From a plasmid: a stretch of 64,000 bases of DNA. The stretch is taken from the sequence record NZ_CP087960.1; one strand, 5' to 3'. The position numbers and the translations under genes were made by a program. Under the pieces are notes generated by a model. The model ran no database searches and was not told the DNA's origin. It saw only the letters and a program-made list of their open reading frames with translations. Positions 56,197 through 64,000 of the stretch are shown one piece after another; positions within the stretch are counted from its first letter, which is position 1; each line of letters starts with the position of its first letter.

Positions 56197-57013
56197 GTAG
56201 ATATACCTTCTTTACTTTTTTCTTCTTTCTATTTTTTCGATGGGTGAACCAGTAGAATAAAGCCATTGCAGAAGTTACAACAATTGCTACAATAGCAGCT
56301 TTCCCTAATGAAGTTAGTCCACCATCAGCATTAATATTCTCAGCATGGTAAGGAACACGGTGCCCTCTAACTAGCAACCTATGAGTATTTTGGAAAAGCG
56401 GAGTACAAGTAACCAAAGTTACATAATCTTGATTAGGATCAACCTTAAAATATTTCAAATTATTAGGCAAAACCTTTTTAATTTGATCTACCTGATAAGC
56501 GTGAATTTCCTTGTTCACTTTGATATAAAACTTGTCGCCTTTCTTTAACTTAGGCAAATCGGTAAAAAGACGATTAAGACTTAATCCACTATGCCCAGTA
56601 AGTACGGAGTGCTTACCTTTACCGCCTGTTGGCAGGCTGGTATTTTCTAACACTCCAATACCGTTATCAAGTGCGGTTTGCGATGTTCCCATGTAAACCG
56701 GCAAAACTTCTTTAATCTTAGGAATACTTAAGGCTGCAACAGGCTTTAATTCAGCTTCAGCAACATCAACCGAATTTTTATTTTTCTTCTTAGTTGCAGA
56801 ATTAGCAAATGGATCTACAGGTTTCTCAGTTTTAGGTGCCTTATAAAAAGACTCCAGATAGCTACTACCGTGTCTCTCCGATCTTGCAACTTCAGCCTCT
56901 TGCTTTTGTGCCAAAAAGTAATCATTAAGAAAAGGATAAGTTGAAAGCCCTAAAATTGTTAGGCACAATAACCCCCAGATTACTAGCGTTAAAGGTTTTT
57001 TACCTTTTTTCAT
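56177..57013 (-). CDS. Class C (pilus-associated) sortase
   Basis: Active-site TLVTCTP; N-terminal TM and C-terminal TM + basic tail (AAIVAIVVTSAMALFYWFTHRKNRKKKK), typical of SrtC. Confidence 0.75.
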   Translation of the reverse strand: MKKGKKPLTLVIWGLLCLTILGLSTYPFLNDYFLAQKQEAEVARSERHGSSYLESFYKAPKTEKPVDPFANSATKKKNKNSVDVAEAELKPVAALSIPKIKEVLPVYMGTSQTALDNGIGVLENTSLPTGGKGKHSVLTGHSGLSLNRLFTDLPKLKKGDKFYIKVNKEIHAYQVDQIKKVLPNNLKYFKVDPNQDYVTLVTCTPLFQNTHRLLVRGHRVPYHAENINADGGLTSLGKAAIVAIVVTSAMALFYWFTHRKNRKKKKVKKVYLHEKRKK

Positions 57014-59241
57014 TACTTGTCAGCTTTCTTTTTCTTTTGAGAAACGTAAATGTATGTACCACCGCCAACAACAACTACCGCAACAAGAATTCCACCTAAT
57101 TGAAGAAGTCCTTGGCTACCAGTAAATGGCATGCTGGTCTTTTCGTCGTTCTTGATTTCGATTGGGTTGCTCAAAGTTTGATCATTAGTATGAGGTCCAA
57201 TCTTAAAGTTGACAGTTTCATTCATCAATTGGTATCCCTTAGGTGCCTTAACTTCTCGAAGCTTATAGTCACCTTCTGAGAAACCTTGTAAAGCAAATTT
57301 ACCTTCCTTATCGGAAGTTAAAATACCAGCCTTAACGTCTGAATAATTATCTACCCAGTCAATATCTTTTTCGCCCTTCTTACCATTTTCTTTGAAGCCG
57401 TTAAACCACTTACCAGTCTTCAAATCTTGAACGGCAAATTGAGCACCTTCCAGCTTCTGCTTAGCAATTCCCCAGCCCATGAAACCGGAAGATTCCTTAA
57501 CGAAGTTAACACCATAGGTTACAGTATCATCGTGACGATGAATTTCTTTATAGCCTGAACCATCATTCCAGCCTAAAGTAATGGTGTTAACGATTCGCTT
57601 ATCTAATGGCGTATCATCAGTCAAAATTTCATCATATTCATAGTTAAGCTTCTTACCAGCTTGAGCGGCAACTAAGTCACTTACACTACCAGTAGTTAAG
57701 CCTTTAACAGCATCTTCGATTTTCTTATTATCATGAGAGTTAGCTGCATCTTGAAGTTTCTTAGCATCTGCTTCACTTAAGCCCTTAACAACATAGTTGA
57801 CCCACCATTTACTATCTGAACCGTTTAAAATTTGGTAATCTTTACCTTCTTCAAGCTTTTTACCATCAGGAGTTGTAATTACTAAGTGTCTTTCAGCAGG
57901 AACATCTTTTAAGTTCTTTTCTGGTTCATCACGAGTAAAGAAGGTATGGTAAGGTTCAGTCATTGCATTAGTACCAGTAGCATCAATTTGCCATGCAGAA
58001 CCCATAATATTTTGTGGAATTACGGTCTTTGAATTAAAGTGCGCAAAATCACCACGGTGCAATGATTGATTTGGTCCAATACCATTAGTTAACTTCTTTT
58101 CTTCATTAGTCGGACCATAGTTGACAAGTGAACCTTGTAATTTAGTTGGATCAATACCATCTTCACCAATTTCAAAAGTTAGCTTGTTACGAACATCATT
58201 CTTGGCAATTGGTGAAATTGCTGCTCTTGCTTGGTCGTCTGCTTCGTCACCAGCCACCTCACTTGGCTCTTCAACGAAGTAGTACTTACCCATAATTAGA
58301 TTATTAGCAGTTACTTTACCCTTACTATCAGTAGTTAAGACTCCACCAACCTTTTCACCTTTTCCTGGTTCACCACGATATAATTGGAACTTAGCGCCAG
58401 CAAGCGGTACTTTCTTTCCGCCATCCTTGTCAGCATTCCAAAGAACATATTTAGTTAGATCAAAGTTTAATTTTTGCGTCTTGTTCTTTGGATACAAGTG
58501 TGTGGTTGACAAGAATCCTGTACCATCTGGATTGGTATAAGGGTTTACGAAAATAATAGGTTCAGATGGTGGAGTTACAAATCCACGTGGTGTCTTAGTT
58601 TCAACTGCTGCATAGTAGTGATATTTTTGTGGCTTAGAAGCATCATAGGCTTTAACGTTTTCAAAAGTTATGTCACCATTGCTATCAATTGCCTTAGTTG
58701 CTACCTTTTGAGCTTTAGCCAAGTATTCGTTTTTGCTCATCTCTTGAGTAAGCTTAGCTGGATCTACACCGTGCGTAGCATCAAAAGCGTTATTGAAAGA
58801 CTTTTGAATTGATTCACTAATGTACTTAACGCGTCCATTCATAGCTTGTTGGTCAGCTGCACTGTTAGTCCAACCAGTTAAGCCCTTACCATCATTGAAT
58901 TTTTCGTTTACCACATCGGTAATGTCATACAAAGTAAATTCGACTTTACCCATTGTATTAGGATTGTAGTGTGTAATTTGGTCTGGTAATTCCTTAGACT
59001 TATCAGTACCATCGTTCTTGATCTTGTTTTGTTCAAAGAATTTGGCATCTTTAGTGTCATACATCATCTTATGAACAGTAATGTTAGTAGTACTTGGTGC
59101 TACTTGATCTGCTTTAACAATTGACGGATGTTGAATCATAACCGCCGCTTGAACACCTACTAAAGCAGTACCACATAAACTCAAAACAACTCCTCCGGTT
59201 GCAAGAGACTTTCGAAATCCTTTTTTCATAGAATTATTCAT
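57013..59241 (-). CDS. Sortase-dependent pilin-like surface protein (742 aa)
   Basis: Signal peptide; pilin motif THLYPKNKTQ (YPKN); Cna-B motifs GAKFQLYRGE and EGAQFAVQDL; C-terminal sorting signal MPFTGSQG + hydrophobic stretch + KKKKADK. Confidence 0.65.
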   Translation of the reverse strand: MNNSMKKGFRKSLATGGVVLSLCGTALVGVQAAVMIQHPSIVKADQVAPSTTNITVHKMMYDTKDAKFFEQNKIKNDGTDKSKELPDQITHYNPNTMGKVEFTLYDITDVVNEKFNDGKGLTGWTNSAADQQAMNGRVKYISESIQKSFNNAFDATHGVDPAKLTQEMSKNEYLAKAQKVATKAIDSNGDITFENVKAYDASKPQKYHYYAAVETKTPRGFVTPPSEPIIFVNPYTNPDGTGFLSTTHLYPKNKTQKLNFDLTKYVLWNADKDGGKKVPLAGAKFQLYRGEPGKGEKVGGVLTTDSKGKVTANNLIMGKYYFVEEPSEVAGDEADDQARAAISPIAKNDVRNKLTFEIGEDGIDPTKLQGSLVNYGPTNEEKKLTNGIGPNQSLHRGDFAHFNSKTVIPQNIMGSAWQIDATGTNAMTEPYHTFFTRDEPEKNLKDVPAERHLVITTPDGKKLEEGKDYQILNGSDSKWWVNYVVKGLSEADAKKLQDAANSHDNKKIEDAVKGLTTGSVSDLVAAQAGKKLNYEYDEILTDDTPLDKRIVNTITLGWNDGSGYKEIHRHDDTVTYGVNFVKESSGFMGWGIAKQKLEGAQFAVQDLKTGKWFNGFKENGKKGEKDIDWVDNYSDVKAGILTSDKEGKFALQGFSEGDYKLREVKAPKGYQLMNETVNFKIGPHTNDQTLSNPIEIKNDEKTSMPFTGSQGLLQLGGILVAVVVVGGGTYIYVSQKKKKADK

Positions 59242-59260
59242 TGAATTATCCCCAGTTCTT

Positions 59261-59929
59261 CTAAATTAGTTCGCCTTGAACTACAAGACGATTCACTCCG
59301 CCATTAGCACATGTATAGACTGTAACTATTGGCTTTTCCTGATCTTTAGGCATATAAAAAGCGCTACCCTGAACTGGTTTGCCGTCAACAATTTTGACTG
59401 TTGGTGGCACTACCTTCTTGCTGGTAACGCGATATTTATATCGTTGGCCATTATAGCCGGTTAGAATTATTTGGTCTCCCAAATTAATTCTGTGTAAATC
59501 ACTTAAAAGAATGCCTGGTTGTTCCATATCATGACCAGCCACGCAAAAGTTGCCTTTACCAAATTCACTATCGAGATAGTATGACTTACCAACTCCTAAT
59601 GCTAACGTATAGTTATTGGCACGATTATAGATCGGAAGGCGAATACCAATTGAAGGAATAATCAGATATCCGTTAGGATACTTATCAACCCCGAGTTGCA
59701 ATGCCTTCTTTTTATTTCTAATCAACTCATTTTTAGTAGAAGGCTTAATATCTTTTTCTTCTTTTAAGGCCGCTCTATTTGTTTTCATCGTTACGGCGCT
59801 ATTCACTTTATGATCTAAAATCTGGTCATTTTGATAAGTTTGATGCCAACAAAAAGCCGCAATCAGTAATACAAGAAATGTACCGATTGCGACTAATTTT
59901 CCAGATTTAGTTTTAAAAAAAGCTTTCAT
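59261..59929 (-). CDS. Sortase (222 aa)
   Basis: N-terminal TM; active-site cysteine in a TLxTC-like motif IVTVYTCANGG. Confidence 0.6.
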   Translation of the reverse strand: MKAFFKTKSGKLVAIGTFLVLLIAAFCWHQTYQNDQILDHKVNSAVTMKTNRAALKEEKDIKPSTKNELIRNKKKALQLGVDKYPNGYLIIPSIGIRLPIYNRANNYTLALGVGKSYYLDSEFGKGNFCVAGHDMEQPGILLSDLHRINLGDQIILTGYNGQRYKYRVTSKKVVPPTVKIVDGKPVQGSAFYMPKDQEKPIVTVYTCANGGVNRLVVQGELI

Positions 59930-59940
59930 GCTAATTTACT

Positions 59941-61761
59941 TTATCTTTCTTTATTCTTCTTAGATTCATACAATGCGTAACCACCTACAGCACAAGTAAT
60001 AGTGATTGCGGCAGTTGCTTCGATTAACAAGTAATCACTACCAGTCGTTGGAATTGGCTGAGTATTATCTGTCATCTCACCTGTAACAACATCGGGCGCA
60101 GTTGGCCCAACGTTTGGAAGTTTAACAGGAGTAGTACCTAAGGCATATCCATTAGGTGATTTAATTTCAACTGCATAGTAATCACGTCTTGTCGAGTCAA
60201 GTAAAACATTATCAAATCTTGCATGACCGTCCTTATCAGTAGTTGCAATATATGGCTGTCGGTCATTGTGACCTGTTACAAGCTCACCATTAACTTGACG
60301 TAAAGCTTGTTTTTTTGCATCTTCTACTGATATTTGATTAAAGGGTTCACCTAAATCTCTAATAAGTACAAATTGAGCACCTTCAATTCCAGCGCCACTA
60401 ATATTTTTCTTAGTAATTTCAAAAGGTTGATGCTTTTTATCATTAACAACCTTTCCTAAATCAACCTGACGTTGAGGATTATCACCAGTTAACTGATCAA
60501 TGTCTCTTTCATAAGAAGCATTATATTGACCATCGGGTTGTTTTATCTCTTTCAAATGATACTTCTTACCAAGTGGTAAGTTATCGAAAGTTACACGACC
60601 ATTATTGTCAGCTGTTTTTCTTTCCATGAAGCCATCAGAAGTTAATACAAATTCAGTACCTGGCAAGATTTTAGTGTTATTATTGCCTGAGCCTCTTTTG
60701 ACAAAAGTCAAACTACCAAATGATGGCTTAACATGAACGGTCATATCAGATGAGCCTTTCATATCTACAGTTGTTGCTTTAATGCCTAATTTAGCAACAT
60801 TCTGAATGCCCGGATCTTTAACTCCATAAATCCATGCTACTTTTGCCTTTTTATTCCAGTGACCGGTAGCTTTTACTTTAAATGAAAAATCGGAAGTATT
60901 TGTCATGTCATTATATGGTACAGATACTTTTAAATTGTCATCTGCATTGACATTATTGAAGTCGACCTTGCTACCATTTTTTCTAGTTCCAGATAAATAC
61001 TTCTCGTTTTTTGAATCAACTGCATGAACTTGAACATCATGCATGTTACTAGATGGGACTTTAAAATTCTTTTCGTATTTATTGCCGTGGAAATCACCAC
61101 TACCAATATTTAATGTCGTTGGATCAAAGCCTAATTTGGCAGGGTTTAAAACAATTTCTGATTGACTAGCATTACTATGTTTTTTTGCCTCTGCAACTAA
61201 ACGATTAACTTTATCCCTAATTTGCGGTGCAAAATGAGCTACACTATCACCAGTTATTTTACCATCATATGGTGATCTGTCATTTGGACAAGCAACTAAG
61301 TGGACGGCAGTTTGATATAACCAATAATCTGCTAAATCATAATCAGCACCGGCACCATCAATACTCTCAAATGATTTATCATGGCCCTTACTAAAATCAG
61401 TGATTAGCCATTGAACTGCGGGATTAGCTTGATATTGCTTAACAAGCTGTTTATTACTTGGAGAATCTTTATTGAAGTTAATACAAAAGATATAAGAATC
61501 ACGACCACTTTTACCTTTTTCCTTAATAATGTTGATTCTGTGATAACCATTACCAGCTACCCACTGGCCATCATATTGAGCATGTAATTTTCCATCTGAA
61601 GCGGAAACCCAAGTCTTCTGGGCATTATTAGTTGTAATCGTCTGAGGACCATTATCATCTGCAAATGCCACATAAGTGTTTCCCATTGATGAGGCAAGTC
61701 CACAAAGAGTTAGTCCTGTTGCAAAAAGCAAGACAAGTCTTTTCTTTTTTCTAACTCTCAT
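59941..61761 (-). CDS. LPxTG-type surface protein with Cna-B domains (606 aa); minor pilin/adhesin candidate
   Basis: Signal peptide; GTEFVLTSDG and EGAQFVLIRD motifs; sorting signal IPTTGSD + hydrophobic + KKNKER. Confidence 0.6.
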   Translation of the reverse strand: MRVRKKKRLVLLFATGLTLCGLASSMGNTYVAFADDNGPQTITTNNAQKTWVSASDGKLHAQYDGQWVAGNGYHRINIIKEKGKSGRDSYIFCINFNKDSPSNKQLVKQYQANPAVQWLITDFSKGHDKSFESIDGAGADYDLADYWLYQTAVHLVACPNDRSPYDGKITGDSVAHFAPQIRDKVNRLVAEAKKHSNASQSEIVLNPAKLGFDPTTLNIGSGDFHGNKYEKNFKVPSSNMHDVQVHAVDSKNEKYLSGTRKNGSKVDFNNVNADDNLKVSVPYNDMTNTSDFSFKVKATGHWNKKAKVAWIYGVKDPGIQNVAKLGIKATTVDMKGSSDMTVHVKPSFGSLTFVKRGSGNNNTKILPGTEFVLTSDGFMERKTADNNGRVTFDNLPLGKKYHLKEIKQPDGQYNASYERDIDQLTGDNPQRQVDLGKVVNDKKHQPFEITKKNISGAGIEGAQFVLIRDLGEPFNQISVEDAKKQALRQVNGELVTGHNDRQPYIATTDKDGHARFDNVLLDSTRRDYYAVEIKSPNGYALGTTPVKLPNVGPTAPDVVTGEMTDNTQPIPTTGSDYLLIEATAAITITCAVGGYALYESKKNKER

Positions 61762-61774
61762 ATAAAATCCTTTC

Positions 61775-61850
61775 TTAAAACAAAAAAACGCCCAGCTCTA
61801 AAACTTGTATTTTATACATTGTTTTAAAACTAGGCGTTTTAAATACTATT
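61775..61850 (-). terminator. Long imperfect stem-loop (aaaacgcccagctctaaaac... / ...gttttaaaactaggcgtttt) downstream of the surface-protein gene
   Basis: Inverted repeat read directly; T-run on the minus strand. Confidence 0.35.
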
Positions 61851-61867
61851 TAATTTTTAACCAAATA

Positions 61868-64000
61868 TTAACGTAGGTCTTTCTTCTTTGAAGTAGCAAG
61901 ACCTAACAAGCTACCAACGCTTGCAAGTGCTAAACCAATTAATCCAGCAAGGTTAGTGTCACGACTGCCGGTAGTTGGTAATACACTACTTGCTTTCACT
62001 GTGTGATCCTTTGCATGCTTTGAAGCATAAGATGAAAATGCGTTTGAATTTAAAGTAGTACTTTCTTTAGCTTCTACCTTAGCAATTGCATGTGCAACTA
62101 CTCTACTTTCAACCTTAGATGATACTACACCAACAAATTCACCTTTAGCATTATAAACTTTGTTTTCCTTTACAGTGTAATCAGATGGCATGACTTGACC
62201 TTTTGAGTCAATTAACTTATCATTGCCAGCCTTGTAAAAGTTAGTATGTTCTGCTTTTTCTTCTGCTACCTTTTTAGCTTCTTCTTGAGCTTTCTTAACT
62301 GCTTCTTTAGCTGCTTCTTCTTTCTCAATTTTAGCTAATACAAACTTAGCAGTAGTTAAAGCAGTTTCTTTTTCTGCTAATGTAGCCTTTACTTCAACAA
62401 GTTTAGCAGTTAAATCATCAGCAGATTTCTTAGCTTGGTCAAGTTCAGCAGTTGCATCAGTCAATGCTTGAGCAGTTTCAGCTACATTTTCCTCAGCATT
62501 TTGAAGAGCTGATAAATTGCTCTTTAAGCTGTTTAACTTATCTTGAGCTTGTTTAGCATCAGCCTTAGCTTGACTTAATTTTGCAAAGGCTTGATCGTAA
62601 TCAGCTTTTACTTTATCAAACTCTTTTTGCATGTTAGCAGCATCGGATTTTGCACCGTCTAAGTCTTTCTTAGTTGCCTCGTAAAAATCGCTAGCCTTCC
62701 ATAAATCGAAATCCTTATCTGATTTAGACTCAGTCAATTTATTTAATTTTTCTTGAGCTGACTTTAAGGAAGATTGTAGGTTGGCGAGATCGTTATTAAG
62801 CTTAGTTACATTCGCATTAGCTACTTCATAAGCATTCTTTGCAGATGATTGTTTTTGCCGTGCTTGTGCAAGTTTAGTTGCAACAACATTGTATGCTTTT
62901 TCAGCATTGTTTACAGTGTTAGTAGCTTCACCGTATGAAGTTTGCTTAACTGCTAATTCGTGTTTAGCATCTTTTAAACTTGCCTTTAATCCGTCATAGT
63001 TAGGAATTTCAAACTTTTGCTCCTTAGGATCAACTGCCCACTTAGTATAAGAATCAAATTGAATGAATCCCTTATCTTTTCTAAAGGAAACGCCAAAATA
63101 TTCTGGATTAGGGTTACCAGGTGTATTTGCTAGCATAGAGGTTTCATCACCTGTTAACTGAAAGGCGTGACCCCAATTTGCATCGGCATCTCCAAAAATC
63201 ATACTTAACATATGATAGTAAACTCCACGTTTAACATCATTCATATTTTCAGCATACCATGGAGTACCAATTGATTCACTTGACATACTTAAGTCTGGAA
63301 TCAATTTATCTGCAGCGTCAATTGCATTAGTATCATGATCAAAAGTAGGTACAGTAGAATGAGTTGCAATATAGTTGGTATGAGCAAGTGAAGCAGGAGT
63401 TACAACCAAATTTGGTTTTAGTCCAACTTGTTGACGCACATCATTTAAAATACCAGCTACCCAAAGAGTTAATTCCTTTTGTTGAGCATCGGTTAATTGA
63501 GTAACTCCATCTTTATTATGCGCAACTGCTTCCTTTTTAGCCTCTTGATCATCTTTATACGAATTTGCATTGTATGCCGCGTCAACAACTGCAGTATTGA
63601 CGCGATCGGGCATACCATACTTGTTGTATAAGAAGTAATTCTTAGGCATAGTTATTACATTAATAGAATCAACTTTTGTTTGTAAACCATTAACTGTACT
63701 TTGTGCAGCATCAAGTTCAGCTTTTGCTGAATCAGCTTGTTGACGAGCTTGGGATAAAGAAGATTGTTTATCGTTAACTTCGTTAGTAGCTTCAGAAACT
63801 GCATTATTAGCATTATTAACTTGTTCTGCTAATTGATCTTTTTGAGCATTAGCATTTTGAACAGCCTTTTGTGCTTCTGCAACTTTATTTTGATCATTAT
63901 TAACTTCTTGTTGTGCTTGGTTAACTTGATCTTGAGTTGCATTCAAGTTAGCTTTAGCATCATCAATTGCTTTTTGATTTTGAGCTAGTTTATTTGAGTA
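61868..64000 (-). CDS. Coiled-coil LPxTG surface protein (PrgA/Sec10 surface-exclusion-like); 5' end lies beyond the window
   Basis: C-terminal LPTTGSRD + hydrophobic + KKKDLR sorting signal; long heptad coiled coils on both sides of a central globular domain; no stop between the tracked start at 63946 and the window edge. Confidence 0.55.
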   Translation of the reverse strand, partial: YSNKLAQNQKAIDDAKANLNATQDQVNQAQQEVNNDQNKVAEAQKAVQNANAQKDQLAEQVNNANNAVSEATNEVNDKQSSLSQARQQADSAKAELDAAQSTVNGLQTKVDSINVITMPKNYFLYNKYGMPDRVNTAVVDAAYNANSYKDDQEAKKEAVAHNKDGVTQLTDAQQKELTLWVAGILNDVRQQVGLKPNLVVTPASLAHTNYIATHSTVPTFDHDTNAIDAADKLIPDLSMSSESIGTPWYAENMNDVKRGVYYHMLSMIFGDADANWGHAFQLTGDETSMLANTPGNPNPEYFGVSFRKDKGFIQFDSYTKWAVDPKEQKFEIPNYDGLKASLKDAKHELAVKQTSYGEATNTVNNAEKAYNVVATKLAQARQKQSSAKNAYEVANANVTKLNNDLANLQSSLKSAQEKLNKLTESKSDKDFDLWKASDFYEATKKDLDGAKSDAANMQKEFDKVKADYDQAFAKLSQAKADAKQAQDKLNSLKSNLSALQNAEENVAETAQALTDATAELDQAKKSADDLTAKLVEVKATLAEKETALTTAKFVLAKIEKEEAAKEAVKKAQEEAKKVAEEKAEHTNFYKAGNDKLIDSKGQVMPSDYTVKENKVYNAKGEFVGVVSSKVESRVVAHAIAKVEAKESTTLNSNAFSSYASKHAKDHTVKASSVLPTTGSRDTNLAGLIGLALASVGSLLGLATSKKKDLR

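Overview
This AT-rich (~33% GC) window looks like part of a Lactobacillaceae-type conjugative plasmid, read entirely from the sequence. It has four parts.

(1) Plasmid backbone and addiction region, 0.5-13.2 kb. A Fic protein sits in an operon with a tandem-HTH XRE regulator, divergent from an ImmA/IrrE peptidase. A parA/small-parB partition pair is followed by an array of 22-bp iterons, a 32-nt palindrome and a putative Rep initiator. A tightly coupled three-gene operon ends in a clear SecB-like chaperone and looks like a TAC-like toxin-antitoxin-chaperone module. An Fst/Ldr-like small hydrophobic peptide (not in the ORF track) lies convergent to it. A serine resolvase has an upstream res-like site. 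Two MazF/PemK-like toxin modules have AbrB- and RelB/DinJ-type antitoxins, plus two extra tandem DinJ-like small ORFs not in the ORF track.

(2) Two identical 1188-bp IS30-family elements in inverted orientation (13248..14435 and 20734..21921). Each is flanked by its own 13-bp direct repeat. They bracket a class III-like lanthipeptide cluster: a 32-aa precursor on the minus strand with an LIELQ leader motif (not in the ORF track), a 766-aa lyase-kinase-cyclase synthetase without Zn ligands, and an ABC exporter.

(3) IS copy 2 has split an ancestral in-frame type IA topoisomerase-DUF3945-repeat fusion gene.

(4) Gram-positive type IV secretion / conjugation module, 22-64 kb, all on the minus strand. 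It carries a topoisomerase, a Toprim primase-like protein, a Dcm methyltransferase and a frameshifted secreted GH32 gene. It also carries a MOBP-type relaxase (HxDxNxHIH motif) with a candidate oriT, VirB4, VirD4, VirB6-like, VirB3-like and VirB2-like proteins, an SLT+M23 cell-wall hydrolase and a thioredoxin-like protein. At the right end are two sortases with LPxTG/YPKN pilin-like proteins and a partial PrgA-like surface protein. Two conserved leader-peptide + hairpin modules and a 32-bp perfect direct repeat inside this module are unexplained.
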